From Candidatus Woesearchaeota archaeon (GTDB taxonomy: Archaea; Nanobdellota; Nanobdellia; Woesearchaeales; UBA10216), in the NCBI GenBank assembly GCA_016192915.1, contig JACPTF010000002.1, forward strand, positions 67,530 through 131,529: a stretch of DNA of 64,000 nucleotides. The letters are read 5' to 3'. This document shows positions 1 through 9,792 of this stretch, piece after piece. The notes under the pieces are model-generated. The model had not been told where the DNA came from. It did no database searches and saw only the letters and a program-made list of their open reading frames with translations. Every line of letters begins with the position of its first letter. Positions within the stretch are counted from its first letter, which is position 1. A program made the translations under genes and the position numbers.

Positions 1-262
1 AAGCAGGCTCAGGGCTTTTGTTGAGGCTGGCGTGAAGGAATTTATTTCGACAGGCAGCCTGGTTGCCCTTGAGCTTGACCTGCTTGTGCAGCTGCTTAAG
101 CGCTCTGCGTTGCTCATACACCAGCACCCACTCTCTGTTGATGTGATACTTGGTTACGTGTTTGCCAAGGAGATTGAGGTCAGGAACCTTAAGCTTATAA
201 TGAAGGCAAAGCAGCTTGGCATTGGCGAGGGCTTTGCTGAAAAGCAGGTAGTAACTGTGTAG
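1..262 (+). CDS. atpC: A/V-type ATP synthase subunit C, C-terminal part (gene starts upstream of window)
   Basis: Open frame from base 2 with no stop; C-terminal motif ...ILGYVFAKEIEVRNLKLIMKAKQLG... resembles AtpC tails; sits just upstream of atpF-atpA-atpB-atpD. Confidence 0.5.
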   Translation, partial: SRLRAFVEAGVKEFISTGSLVALELDLLVQLLKRSALLIHQHPLSVDVILGYVFAKEIEVRNLKLIMKAKQLGIGEGFAEKQVVTV

Positions 263-273
263 AGGACGGAATT

Positions 274-564
274 ATGGAGCTTGCCGTGATTGGAAGGGAG
301 GATTTTTGCCTGGGGTTCAGCCTTGCAGGCATAAGGAACATTTTTGAGACTGATAATCCTGCTGATGCCATTAAAAAAGTAAGCGATGCCGCTGATATAG
401 GTGTTGTTGTTTTCGACGAGTCATTGTCCGGCAGGCTTGATGAGTTCGACAAGGCAAGGCTGGAGAACAGCGTGAGGCCTGTGTTTGTGATGCTCTCCCT
501 CAAAGAAGAAAGCGACGCCATCAGGAAAATGATAAAGAAGTCAATTGGTGTTGAGCTATGGTGA
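274..564 (+). CDS. atpF: A/V-type ATP synthase subunit F
   Basis: 96 aa, MELAVIGREDF...GIRN motif typical of subunit F; operon context. Confidence 0.8.
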   Translation: MELAVIGREDFCLGFSLAGIRNIFETDNPADAIKKVSDAADIGVVVFDESLSGRLDEFDKARLENSVRPVFVMLSLKEESDAIRKMIKKSIGVELW

Positions 565-584
565 TGAATGCGGTGAAATAAGGT

Positions 585-2312
585 ATGGCAAAAACAGGGA
601 AAATATATCGTGTTGCCGGGCCGGTTGTTGTTGCCGAGCTTGAAGCGGGCATGTATGATGTCTGCAAGGTCGGCAGGGAAAAGCTTCTTGGCGAGGTAAT
701 CCAGATTAACGGAAGCCGATGCACTATCCAGGTTTATGAGGACACAACAGGAATAAAGCCTGGTGAGGATGTTGAAAACACAGAGCAGCCGCTCGTTGTT
801 GAACTGGGCCCTGGCCTTTTATCTTCAATATATGATGGCATCCAGAGGCCGCTTCAGGCTCTCAGGGAAATAACAGGCGACTTCATCAGGAGGGGCGCTT
901 CAGCCCCAGGACTTGACAGGAAAAGGAAGTGGGACTTCAAGGCGACAGTAAAAGGAGGCGCAACCGTTAAGGGTGGCGATGTAATCGGGACAGTCAAGGA
1001 GAGCGAGACAGTCCTGCACAAGATTCTCGTTCCTCCGGGCGTCAGCGGAAAAGTAACAAGCATTTCAGACGGCAGCTGCACTGTTACTGACATAGTGGCC
1101 AAGCTCGACAACGGGGCAGAGCTCAAGCTGATGCAGCTTTGGCCTGTGAGGAAGCCGAGGCCTGTTAAGGAAAAGCTGCTGCCGGTTGTTCCATTAATAA
1201 CAGGACAGAGAGTTTTTGATTCACTATTTCCATTAGCTAAGGGCGGCGTGGCTGCAATTCCCGGGCCATTCGGCAGCGGGAAAACGGTCGCCCAGCAAAG
1301 CCTCGCAAAGTGGTGCGATGCCGACATCATAGTTTATGTTGGCTGCGGCGAGCGAGGCAATGAAATGACTGAGGTCCTTACCGAGTTCCCTGAAATCGTT
1401 GACCCCAGGACCGGCAAGCCTCTTATGCAGCGAACCGTACTTATTGCCAATACATCCAACATGCCTGTTGCTGCTAGGGAGGCCTCTGTTTATACCGGCA
1501 TCACCCTTGCAGAGTATTACCGCGATATGGGCTACAGCGTTGCGCTGATGGCTGATTCAACTTCAAGGTGGGCTGAGGCAATGAGGGAGATTTCATCAAG
1601 GCTTGAGGAAATGCCGGGAGAGGAGGGCTATCCTGCCTATCTTGCATCGAGGATTTCTGAATTTTACGAAAGGGCAGGCCGTGCCAGCACTTTGATGGGA
1701 GCTGAGGGCTCTGTCAGCGTCATAGGCGCCGTATCACCCCCTGGAGGGGATGTCTCAGAGCCAGTCACGCAAGGCACAAAGCGCGTGATTAAGACTTATT
1801 GGGCTTTGGATGCAAAATTGGCGCAGAGGAGGCACTTCCCGGCTATAAATTGGCTTGACTCTTACTCATTATACCTTGACTCCCTGGCAGGGTGGTATGC
1901 GGAAAAGGTCGCGCCCGACTGGATGGAGCTCATTGGCAGGACAAGGTCAATCCTGCAGGAAGAGGAAAAGCTTATGGAAATCATGCAGCTTGTCGGCTCA
2001 GACGCCCTGCCTGAAAGGGAGCAGGTCACTTTGCTTGTTGCGAGGATGTTCCGTGAATTTCTCCTGCAGCAGAACGCCTTCCACCCTGTTGACACTTACA
2101 GCGAGCTGAAGAAAACATACCTGATTATGAAGACAATACTCCGCTTCGCTGACCTTGCGAAGACCGCCCTTGATTCAGGGGTAAGGGCTCAGAGGATTGT
2201 TGCAATTAAAACAAAAGACAATGTTGCCAATGTTAAGTTCGAGAAAGACTACGAAAGCTTCCTCAATGGCGTCAACAAGGATTTGGAGAAGGAATTTTCA
2301 GGATTGAAGTGA
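585..2312 (+). CDS. atpA: A/V-type ATP synthase catalytic subunit A
   Basis: 575 aa; P-loop GPFGSGKT; strong similarity to A1 subunit A; no intein. Confidence 0.95.
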   Translation: MAKTGKIYRVAGPVVVAELEAGMYDVCKVGREKLLGEVIQINGSRCTIQVYEDTTGIKPGEDVENTEQPLVVELGPGLLSSIYDGIQRPLQALREITGDFIRRGASAPGLDRKRKWDFKATVKGGATVKGGDVIGTVKESETVLHKILVPPGVSGKVTSISDGSCTVTDIVAKLDNGAELKLMQLWPVRKPRPVKEKLLPVVPLITGQRVFDSLFPLAKGGVAAIPGPFGSGKTVAQQSLAKWCDADIIVYVGCGERGNEMTEVLTEFPEIVDPRTGKPLMQRTVLIANTSNMPVAAREASVYTGITLAEYYRDMGYSVALMADSTSRWAEAMREISSRLEEMPGEEGYPAYLASRISEFYERAGRASTLMGAEGSVSVIGAVSPPGGDVSEPVTQGTKRVIKTYWALDAKLAQRRHFPAINWLDSYSLYLDSLAGWYAEKVAPDWMELIGRTRSILQEEEKLMEIMQLVGSDALPEREQVTLLVARMFREFLLQQNAFHPVDTYSELKKTYLIMKTILRFADLAKTALDSGVRAQRIVAIKTKDNVANVKFEKDYESFLNGVNKDLEKEFSGLK

Positions 2313-2320
2313 GCTGGTGA

Positions 2321-4774
2321 TTGCGAATGAAGGAGTACAAAACTATTACAAGGGTTGCGGGCCCCTTGATTTTTGTTGAGAAAACAGACCCTGTCGGGTA
2401 TGGTGAGCTTGTGAAGATAACACTGCCCAATGGTGGCGTGAAGAGCGGCCAGGTTCTTGACACCAGTGAGGAAATCGTTGTTGTGCAGGTTTTTGAGGGC
2501 ACTTCAGGCATTGACCTTAACTCAAGGGTCAAGTTTCTTGGCGAAACAATCAAGCTGCCTGTTTCTGATGAGCTTCTTGGGAGGATTTTGAATGGCGCGG
2601 GCAAGCCCATTGACGGCGGCCCGGAGGTTGTGCCTGAAGAGCTCATGGAAATCACAGGCGCTGCCATTAATCCTTATGCCAGGGCTAACCCTTCTGATTT
2701 TATCCAGACAGGAATCTCAACCATTGATGGAACAAACACCCTTGTCAGGGGCCAGAAGCTTCCGTTGTTTTCAGGCTCAGGCCTTCCCCACAACGAGATA
2801 GCATTGCAGATTGCGAGGCAGGCGAAAGTTAGGGGGAGTGGTGAGGGCTTTGCCATTGTTTTCGCTGCAATGGGCATTACGAACGAGGAATCACAAAGGT
2901 TCATTTCAGAGTTTGAGCAGACCGGAGCTTTGAAGAGGGCTGTTGTTTTCCTTAACCTAGCTGATGACCCTGCTGTTGAGCGCCTGATTACGCCGAGGAT
3001 GGCCCTCACGGCAGCTGAGTATCTTGCTTTCAGGAAGGGGATGCACGTCCTTGTAATCCTAACTGACATGACTAATTATGCTGAGAGCCTTCGCGAGATT
3101 GGCGCTGCGCGCTCTGAAATCCCTGGAAGGAGGGGCTACCCAGGTTATATGTACAGCGTGGATGGCAGCAGAAGGGTTATTGTAAAGGACCCGGGAGGCT
3201 TTATTAGCGTTATTGAAATCAGCAAACTTTTTGAGATTTTATCGTTCGATGAGGAAGTTGCGTCAACGGACTATGAGGAACGGATTAATGTTGAAGGTTG
3301 GGAAGCTTTAAGCGCAGACAATAATGGAAAGGCCAACTTCAAGCCTATACTGCAAGCTGTTCGCCATAAGTACTCTGGTAAGTTATGCAAAATAACAACT
3401 CAGATGGGAGAGACAATAGTTACCCCTAACCACAGCATTTTCACTGTAAGAAACGGGAAAATTGAGCTATGCGAGGCGGGCAAGCTTGGAGAGGAAGACC
3501 TCATTGCTCACGTTAATAGGATACCAGAAGTCACTGAAAAAAATGTGATGAGCGATTCTCTTGCCAAATTGGCAGGCTACTATGTTTCAGAAGGACACGC
3601 CTTAAGGTATGAAGATAAGGAGAAGAGCTGTTTCTGCCATTACGTAAGAATAGATAACAATTCAAAAGAAGTCATCAGTGAGATTGTGCAAAGCTATGCC
3701 GAGGAGTTTAATGCCACTCCTTCCATATTTGTGTCTGATAAGAGGTCTGGCACAATACGTACCTCCATCGGGGGAAGGAAGTACTATGACTCTTTAGTTA
3801 GCATACTTGGCTGTGGGCATAAGTCAGCATCAAAAAGAGTTCCTAACGTGCTTTTTACAGCATCTACGAATGCAAAGCTCGCATTCTTTAAAGCATACTA
3901 CGCAGGTGATGGGAAGTCACAAGATCCGAGATATAAAGTTAAGCAGTATGATATGGTAACTGTAAGCCCCGGCCTGCGGGACGATTTAATGGTATTGTCT
4001 AGGATTTTGTTCCCAGATAGGATACCCACCTTGTATAAATGGAAGGGCAGAGATGCATGGAAGGTTTATCTGTCAACAAAGCTAAAACAAAAACGCAGTA
4101 TTGTGAATGATGTGATAGGGTGTAAAGTGAAAAAAGTTGAAATGGTTGACCCAACAGAAGAATATGTTTATGACCTATCTGTTGAGGGCAATCAGAACTT
4201 TGTGGATGCTTGCGGCAATATGCTGCTGCATAACACAGACCTCGCCATGCTCTATGAGCGGGCTGGCATGATTAAGGGGAAAAAAGGCAGCATAACCCAG
4301 CTTCCAATCCTGACGATGGTTGGCGATGACATCACCCACCCGATCCCAGACCTTACAGGCTACATCACAGAGGGCCAGATTGTTATCAGCAGGGAGCTCC
4401 ACAGCCGCAACATTTACCCACCGGTTGATGTTTTGCCTTCGCTAAGCAGGCTTATGAACCTGGGCATAGGCAAGGGAAAAACCAGGGATGACCACAAGCA
4501 GGTTTCCGACCAGCTTTACGCTTTTTATGCTGAGGGAAAAGACCTCCGCGGCCTTGTTGCAATAGTTGGCGAGGAGTCTCTTTCGGAGAGGGAGCGCCGC
4601 ATATTGAAGTTCGCAGCTGACTTTGAGGCGAAGTTTGTCAAGCAGGCAAAGGGCGAGGACCGCGATATTGAGCGGACTCTTGAGATTGGCTGGCGGCTTC
4701 TTTCAGAGTTGCCTGAGAACGAGCTCACGAGGATAAGCCCTGAGTTGAGGAAGCAGCACTATGGCAAGCATTAA
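2321..4774 (+). CDS. atpB: A/V-type ATP synthase subunit B, interrupted in frame by a 360-aa intein
   Basis: N-extein 278 aa ending ...[11 protein letters not shown] and C-extein 179 aa starting [11 protein letters not shown] match subunit B; 360 aa inserted between them. Confidence 0.9.
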   Translation: MRMKEYKTITRVAGPLIFVEKTDPVGYGELVKITLPNGGVKSGQVLDTSEEIVVVQVFEGTSGIDLNSRVKFLGETIKLPVSDELLGRILNGAGKPIDGGPEVVPEELMEITGAAINPYARANPSDFIQTGISTIDGTNTLVRGQKLPLFSGSGLPHNEIALQIARQAKVRGSGEGFAIVFAAMGITNEESQRFISEFEQTGALKRAVVFLNLADDPAVERLITPRMALTAAEYLAFRKGMHVLVILTDMTNYAESLREIGAARSEIPGRRGYPGYMYSVDGSRRVIVKDPGGFISVIEISKLFEILSFDEEVASTDYEERINVEGWEALSADNNGKANFKPILQAVRHKYSGKLCKITTQMGETIVTPNHSIFTVRNGKIELCEAGKLGEEDLIAHVNRIPEVTEKNVMSDSLAKLAGYYVSEGHALRYEDKEKSCFCHYVRIDNNSKEVISEIVQSYAEEFNATPSIFVSDKRSGTIRTSIGGRKYYDSLVSILGCGHKSASKRVPNVLFTASTNAKLAFFKAYYAGDGKSQDPRYKVKQYDMVTVSPGLRDDLMVLSRILFPDRIPTLYKWKGRDAWKVYLSTKLKQKRSIVNDVIGCKVKKVEMVDPTEEYVYDLSVEGNQNFVDACGNMLLHNTDLAMLYERAGMIKGKKGSITQLPILTMVGDDITHPIPDLTGYITEGQIVISRELHSRNIYPPVDVLPSLSRLMNLGIGKGKTRDDHKQVSDQLYAFYAEGKDLRGLVAIVGEESLSERERRILKFAADFEAKFVKQAKGEDRDIERTLEIGWRLLSELPENELTRISPELRKQHYGKH
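3155..4234 (+). mobile_element. Intein with LAGLIDADG homing-endonuclease domain inside atpB
   Basis: Starts with Ser directly after extein YMY, ends ...LLHN before +1 Thr; two LAGLIDADG-like blocks ([24 protein letters not shown]); length is a multiple of 3. Confidence 0.85.
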
Positions 4775-5387
4775 TGTCAAGCCGACAAGGTCTGAGCTTT
4801 TGCTCCTGAAGAAAAAGATTAAGCTTGCCCGCACAGGCTACAATCTCCTGAAAAAGAAGCGGGATGGCCTGATTCTGGAATTTTTCAATGTTCTCAAGCA
4901 GGCAAAGGATGTCAGGAAGGAGCTTGTTTCTTCGTATGCTGCAGCTCTCCAGAAGATAAACATTGCAAGGGCCATTGATGGCGACCTGGCAATAAAGTCA
5001 ATCTCCCTCGCCCTTAAGAGCTTGCCTGTTGTTGAGGTTGCGACTAAAAACATCATGGGCGTGAAAGTTCCCAAGATTGGCTTTCCTGAGTTCAAGAAGA
5101 GCATCTTTGAGAGGGGCTACGGCATAACGTCAGCCACGTCAAAGATAGACGAGGCCGCCATGGCTTACGAAATTGTCGTTGAGAAGGTTGTTGCGGCTGC
5201 AGAGGTTGAGCTCACCCTGAAGAAGCTGCTGAGGGAAATCGAGAGGACAAAGAGGAAAGTTAATGCGCTTGAGCTTCTGACCATTCCAAGGCTTGAGCAG
5301 GCAGCCAAGTACATCCGGCTGCGCCTGGAGGAAATGGAGCGGGAGAACTTCTCAAGGCTGAAGAGGATGAAGACGATTACGGCTTAG
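4761..5387 (+). CDS. atpD: A/V-type ATP synthase subunit D
   Basis: 208 aa coiled-coil protein [14 protein letters not shown]... typical of subunit D; operon position. Confidence 0.85.
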   Translation: MASINVKPTRSELLLLKKKIKLARTGYNLLKKKRDGLILEFFNVLKQAKDVRKELVSSYAAALQKINIARAIDGDLAIKSISLALKSLPVVEVATKNIMGVKVPKIGFPEFKKSIFERGYGITSATSKIDEAAMAYEIVVEKVVAAAEVELTLKKLLREIERTKRKVNALELLTIPRLEQAAKYIRLRLEEMERENFSRLKRMKTITA

Positions 5388-5444
5388 AAGCCACGGCATC
5401 TGCGGCAGAAATCTTTTTATATTACATTTATTCTCACTTGTTTC

Positions 5445-5597
5445 ATGGCAGACGAACGCATAAGCATGCCCGCTTCGCAAGGCGGCCTGGTAAGGTATTA
5501 TAATGAGTACAAGAGCAAAATCAGGATAAAGCCGATCCATGTTGTTGCTTTCGCGATAGCTGTTATTGTTCTCGAGGTTCTGTTCAGGATTCTTTGA
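5445..5597 (+). CDS. Preprotein translocase Sec61 beta subunit (too short for the supplied ORF track)
   Basis: 50 aa: MADERISMPASQGGLVRYYNEYKSKIRIKPIHVVAFAIAVIVLEVLFRIL; matches archaeal Sec61beta consensus (SMPxSxAGLxRYxDE + C-terminal TM); TATA-like tttttatatta about 26 nt upstream. Confidence 0.7.
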   Translation: MADERISMPASQGGLVRYYNEYKSKIRIKPIHVVAFAIAVIVLEVLFRIL

Positions 5598-5638
5598 GCA
5601 GTAACATTTAATAACATCTGTTCCAACCTTCTTGCATT

Positions 5639-6001
5639 ATGTTTCCGGGCATGGATAAGCGCAGTATGGAAGCTGCTATGCGCAAGTTGGGAGTGCAGCA
5701 GCTGAACGTTGATGCGGAAGAAGTTATTATAAGGCTTAAAGGCAACGGCAAGGAGATAGTCATAGCTAATCCTTCAGTTACGAAAGTCAGCATGATGGGC
5801 CAGGAGACATTCCAGGTTGCCGGGGAGTTCAGCGAGCGGCCACAGCAAGCGCAGCAACAGCAGCAATTATTCAGCGATGAGGATGTTAAGACAGTGGTTG
5901 CCCAGGCGGATGTTTCAGATGCTGAGGCAAAGGCAGCCCTTGCAAAGGTTAATGGCGACTTGGCGGCTGCCATTTTGCTGCTTGGCGAGAAAAAGGGGTG
6001 A
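5639..6001 (+). CDS. nac: Nascent polypeptide-associated complex alpha subunit (NAC domain + C-terminal UBA)
   Basis: 120 aa; NAC-domain N-terminus; poly-Q linker QQAQQQQQ; UBA-like tail DVSDAEAKAALAKVNGDLAAAILLL. Confidence 0.8.
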   Translation: MFPGMDKRSMEAAMRKLGVQQLNVDAEEVIIRLKGNGKEIVIANPSVTKVSMMGQETFQVAGEFSERPQQAQQQQQLFSDEDVKTVVAQADVSDAEAKAALAKVNGDLAAAILLLGEKKG

Positions 6002-6050
6002 GTTTGGTAACAGTGGCTATTGTCAATAATGTTTATATAAGTAGCCAGCT

Positions 6051-6575
6051 ATGCTGCCTGCGATGGAAAGGTTCCATGAGGAGCTTTCGGAGGGCAAGCG
6101 GCGATTGCATACGGCAGACCACCTGCTTTCAATCACTTACCCTTTGGTCAGGGATAACAGGCTGCTGCTGACTGCTGTTGACAACCTTCACGTTGCCGCC
6201 AGGAATTTGATGGCTTCGCTGCTTCATTATGAGGAAGCTTTTAAGAGGGTTCCTCACTTCAGGGATGAGCATGATTCGATGCTTTACTGGTTCAGGTCAA
6301 GATGCATGCCAAATTACAAGCTTGGCAGTGATTACGGTGTTGTGATTGATGAGCTTAATTCGCTTGTCAGCGAGCATAAGGCGAGCGCTGTGGAGTTTTC
6401 GCGAAAGGACAGCTTCGTCATTTGTTCTGACACTTACAGCATCAAAAAAGTCACGCTTGCCCAGCTTAAGTCTTACGCGGGCATTTTAAAGAAAATGCTT
6501 ATGGATGTTGAAGGAGTGGTGTCCAGGTATGAAGGTGTTTTTGGAAGAGGCCCGAGAGGAATTAAAGCGCGCTGA
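6051..6575 (+). CDS. Hypothetical protein, paralog 1 of a tandem pair
   Basis: 174 aa; shares motif F-EE---E-KR--ADH----S--Y with the next ORF. Confidence 0.55.
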   Translation: MLPAMERFHEELSEGKRRLHTADHLLSITYPLVRDNRLLLTAVDNLHVAARNLMASLLHYEEAFKRVPHFRDEHDSMLYWFRSRCMPNYKLGSDYGVVIDELNSLVSEHKASAVEFSRKDSFVICSDTYSIKKVTLAQLKSYAGILKKMLMDVEGVVSRYEGVFGRGPRGIKAR

Positions 6576-6993
6576 CCACATCATTTATGTCAGCCTGAAG
6601 TATACCAGGACTGTTGACGTAATTAAAAACCTGGTGGAGAGGCTGATAAACTGCCTTGACTTCGTGATAGAGAAGCTTCTCGACAGCGCTGTGGAGAAGA
6701 AGCTCATTGCCGAGAAGCCGGCCAACACTGGTTTGAAGTGCAACGCAGTGAAAAAGGCTTATGGCGAAATGTTTGCAGATATTGTTGCGTTATACGTCCA
6801 GCTTAGGAAAATCGGGCGGGCAGAGTACAAGAAGAGCAGCGAGTACAGGCGCCATGTGACTATGACGGCAACAACAGACGAGGGCACTTTCATGATAGAC
6901 ATTGACAAGTCAAAGGAGCTTTACTTCAAGGCCAGGCAATATGTTGAGGATGTTGAGAAGTTCCTGGGAGGCGGGGAAGAGGAGGAAAGTTAG
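6529..6993 (+). CDS. Hypothetical protein, paralog 2 of the tandem pair (start chosen at internal Met)
   Basis: MKVFLEEAREELKRADHIIYVSLKY... parallels ERFHEELSEGKRRLHTADHLLSITY of the upstream ORF; overlaps it out of frame. Confidence 0.55.
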   Translation: MKVFLEEAREELKRADHIIYVSLKYTRTVDVIKNLVERLINCLDFVIEKLLDSAVEKKLIAEKPANTGLKCNAVKKAYGEMFADIVALYVQLRKIGRAEYKKSSEYRRHVTMTATTDEGTFMIDIDKSKELYFKARQYVEDVEKFLGGGEEEES

Positions 6994-7046
6994 GCGTGCA
7001 TCACGCAAGTAGTTTATTTAGTTAGTTAAAAAGAGGTGCAGTAGTT

Positions 7047-7652
7047 TTGGCAAAAAAGAGGTCAAAGAGAAAGTCTGGTGAAAAAGGTAAGGGGCGCAAG
7101 GCGGCAACAGCTTCTGCCAAGAAGATAAGAAAAAAGAAGGGTGGAGGCCGCAGGAAAATAAAAATAAAATCCGCGATAGTTGTTAAGAAGCCTGTTTTGC
7201 TTGCCGCTGTTGACTCAAAATCGCACATTTCCGGCAGGGGTTCTGGGCTTGTCCTTTACTGGCTCACGCTGCTTGTTCTGGTCATCCTTAACATGTTTTC
7301 AGCTGTTGCTGTTGCCATTCTTCAGCTTGCGCTTTCGGACAACAAGCTTCTGTTCATAGTTGCTGCCATTGGGCTCTTCTTTGGCTACGTTACAAACAGG
7401 CTTGTCAACCACGTTGATAACCTTGAGCTAAAGCACCATTTCTTTGCAAGGCTGCTGGTCCCTGCCGCGGCTATCCTGAACCTTTTGGCAGTTAGTGCTG
7501 CTGCAAACGCTTTGGCACTCTCCTTGCGAATCCAGCCAGTTCATAGCCCAGTCACAATAGCTGCTGCTTACGGCATTGCCTTTGCTGTGCCGTCGCTTTT
7601 TGCCCTTTCAAGGGCTGTCGCATCTCCTTTTTTCAAATCACGGCAAAAATAA
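7047..7652 (+). CDS. Membrane protein with about 40-aa poly-basic N-terminus followed by four predicted TM helices
   Basis: N-terminus AKKRSKRKSGEKGKGRKAATASAKKIRKKKGGGRRKIKIK, then hydrophobic segments; TTG start. Confidence 0.5.
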   Translation: MAKKRSKRKSGEKGKGRKAATASAKKIRKKKGGGRRKIKIKSAIVVKKPVLLAAVDSKSHISGRGSGLVLYWLTLLVLVILNMFSAVAVAILQLALSDNKLLFIVAAIGLFFGYVTNRLVNHVDNLELKHHFFARLLVPAAAILNLLAVSAAANALALSLRIQPVHSPVTIAAAYGIAFAVPSLFALSRAVASPFFKSRQK

Positions 7653-7786
7653 CCTAAAACCATAATCTTTATAAACTACCTGCTGATTCTCGACTACAGC
7701 CTGAAAAGGAACCTTTTCAGTACGGCCTGTCCTGAGCTGTTCAGTTTTCGCGCAGAGAGTTTTTTCTGCTGCAAAATGGAATGCAA

Positions 7787-7886
7787 ACCAAATTCGTGCT
7801 GTGCACGAATGGGCCCAGTCGCAAATCGGGCAATAGCCCGATTGCGCAGTCGGCTGCTGCCGACTTGCGGCGCAAGCCGACTTGGG
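7787..7886. repeat. Modular palindromic repeat element, copy 1, intergenic upstream of rpl3
   Basis: Consecutive hairpins: caaattcgtgc-tgt-gcacgaatgg / gggcccagtcgc / aaatcgggc-aat-agcccgatt / cagtcggc-tgctg-ccgacttg / ...gccgacttggg; shares units with copies at 15922, 34645, 56330, 58321, 63463. Confidence 0.8.
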
Positions 7887-7965
7887 AGTTGCTTTTGCTC
7901 GGATTTGCATACTGGGATTCTTTTCTTGGCCTCGTTTTTGTGGAATTGTGAAGTTGTGAAGTAAA

Positions 7966-8952
7966 ATGGCTAAGGCAGGACATCCACGTCATGGAAGCTT
8001 GCAGTTTTGGCCTCGCAAGAGGGCTGCGCGCATTTATCCCAGGGTCAGGAACCATATTGTGCCTGAGGAAGGCAAATTGTCAAGCTTTGCCGGTTACAAG
8101 GCAGGCATGACCCACCTGATGATTGTTGACAACAGGCCAAACTCGATGACCAAGGGCGAGGTTGTTGCTTTTCCTGCGACAATAATCGAGTGCCCGCCTT
8201 TGAAGGTTGCTTCTGTTCGTCTTTACTCTAATTCTCCTAACGGCTTGAGGGTTGCGAAGGAAATCTTTGGCAAGGTTGACAAGGAGCTTGGCAAAAAAAT
8301 CGTGCTTCAAAAGAAAGAGCCTGTAGTATCTGCTGAAGGTTCTGACCTGGGCCAGGTTGTTGATGTCAGGGTTAATGTTTACACCCAGCCGAAGCTTGCT
8401 GCGGTAAGCAAGAGGAAGCCTGAATTTTTTGAGCTTGCAGTCGGCGGGAAGGCAATCGCTGAAAGGTTTGCCTTGGCACAGCAGCTTCTTGGAAAGGAAG
8501 TTCCTGTCAAGGATGTTTTGAAGGAGGGCCAGCAGGTTGATGTTTTTGGCGTTACATTGGGCAAGGGCTTTCAGGGCCCTGTTAAGAGGTTTGGCGTTAC
8601 ATTAAGGCATCACAAGTCTGAAAAGACCAAGAGGGGCCCTGGCAGCCTAGGCGGCTGGAGCGCCCCAAGGATGTCGACAGTAGCCCATGCCGGGCAGATG
8701 GGCGTTCATACCCGCCTTGAGAGGAACAGGTGGATTCTGAAGCTTTCGGAAAATCCGGCTGAGCTTTCCATGTCCGGAGGCATAATCCATTATGGCAGGT
8801 TGAAATCGCATTTTATTGTTGTAAAGGGCTCGGTGCAGGGCGAGCCGAAAAGGCTTTTGAGGCTTGTTCCGTCCAGGAAGCCAAGCACAGCGCTTCCGGC
8901 GCAGGCTCCAACAATTGATTATGTAAGTGTCGTTTCAAAGCAGGGAAAATAA
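7966..8952 (+). CDS. rpl3: Ribosomal protein L3
   Basis: 328 aa, strong L3 similarity; first gene of the canonical L3-L4-L23-L2-S19-L22-S3-L29 cluster. Confidence 0.95.
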   Translation: MAKAGHPRHGSLQFWPRKRAARIYPRVRNHIVPEEGKLSSFAGYKAGMTHLMIVDNRPNSMTKGEVVAFPATIIECPPLKVASVRLYSNSPNGLRVAKEIFGKVDKELGKKIVLQKKEPVVSAEGSDLGQVVDVRVNVYTQPKLAAVSKRKPEFFELAVGGKAIAERFALAQQLLGKEVPVKDVLKEGQQVDVFGVTLGKGFQGPVKRFGVTLRHHKSEKTKRGPGSLGGWSAPRMSTVAHAGQMGVHTRLERNRWILKLSENPAELSMSGGIIHYGRLKSHFIVVKGSVQGEPKRLLRLVPSRKPSTALPAQAPTIDYVSVVSKQGK

Positions 8953-8958
8953 GTTTGG

Positions 8959-9777
8959 ATGACTAAAATGAAAGTAAGTGTTGTCGATGCGGAGAAGGGG
9001 AATGTGGGCGAGGTTGAGCTTCCGCCGCAGTTTTCCGAGGAGTTTCATCCTGATTTGATAGCCCGAGCTGTTTTGTCTGTTGAGAGCAAGGAGAGGCAGC
9101 CTTACGGTTCTGACCCTGAATCGGGCAAGCGCTACTCTGCAAAGCTTTCCAGAAGGAGAAGGGATTATAAGGGCTCGTATGGCCACGGCATTTCAAGGAT
9201 TCCAAGGAAGACAATGAGCCGTTCAGGGACAAGGTTCAACTGGCAGGGTGCGCTCGCTCCGGGAACAGTTGGCGGAAGGCAGGCCCATCCTCCAAAGGCT
9301 GAGAAGGTATGGGTCAAGAAAATTAACAAGCGAGAGAACAGGAAGGCGATAAGGTCTGCGCTTGCGGCAACAATGGTTCCATCCATAGTTGGCAGCCGGG
9401 GCCATGTTGTTCCGAAGGGTTACCCGTTTATTGCAGCAGCAAAGCTCGAGGAAATTACAAAGACAAAAACAGTTGTTGATGCGTTGGGCAAGTTCGGCTT
9501 TGGTGCTGAGTTAGCCCGTGTTTCAGGCAGGACAGTTCGGGCTGGCAAGGGCAAGATGCGTGGCAGAAGGTACAAGGTGAAGCGTGGGCCTTTGATTGTT
9601 GTATCAAAGGAAGATTCAAGTATAGTGAAGGCCGCGAGAAACATCATGGGTGTTGATGTGGCTGTTGTCAACAGGCTGAACGCGAGTTTGCTGGCACCAG
9701 GAACTGCTCCTGGCAGGCTTACTCTTTTCACAGAATCGGCAATTGAAAGATTGAACAAGGAGAGGCTTTTCGCCTGA
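8959..9777 (+). CDS. rpl4: Ribosomal protein L4
   Basis: 272 aa; L4/L1e family; cluster order. Confidence 0.9.
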   Translation: MTKMKVSVVDAEKGNVGEVELPPQFSEEFHPDLIARAVLSVESKERQPYGSDPESGKRYSAKLSRRRRDYKGSYGHGISRIPRKTMSRSGTRFNWQGALAPGTVGGRQAHPPKAEKVWVKKINKRENRKAIRSALAATMVPSIVGSRGHVVPKGYPFIAAAKLEEITKTKTVVDALGKFGFGAELARVSGRTVRAGKGKMRGRRYKVKRGPLIVVSKEDSSIVKAARNIMGVDVAVVNRLNASLLAPGTAPGRLTLFTESAIERLNKERLFA

Positions 9778-9792
9778 TTTTGGTGTTGTGAA

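Noticed and set aside
195-1330. Minus-strand ORFs 195-521 and 854-1330 (and many similar antisense ORFs listed across the window, e.g. 2674-3069, 12509-13000, 50807-51352)
   Set aside because: Each is antisense to a strongly supported conserved gene. Ser/Pro/Ala-rich low-complexity translations typical of antisense frames in roughly 50% GC DNA.
7776-7964. 62-aa ORF (MECKPNSCCARMGPVANRAIARLRSRLL...)
   Set aside because: Entirely encoded by palindromic repeat copy 1. Cys/Arg-rich translation is an artefact of the GC-rich hairpins.
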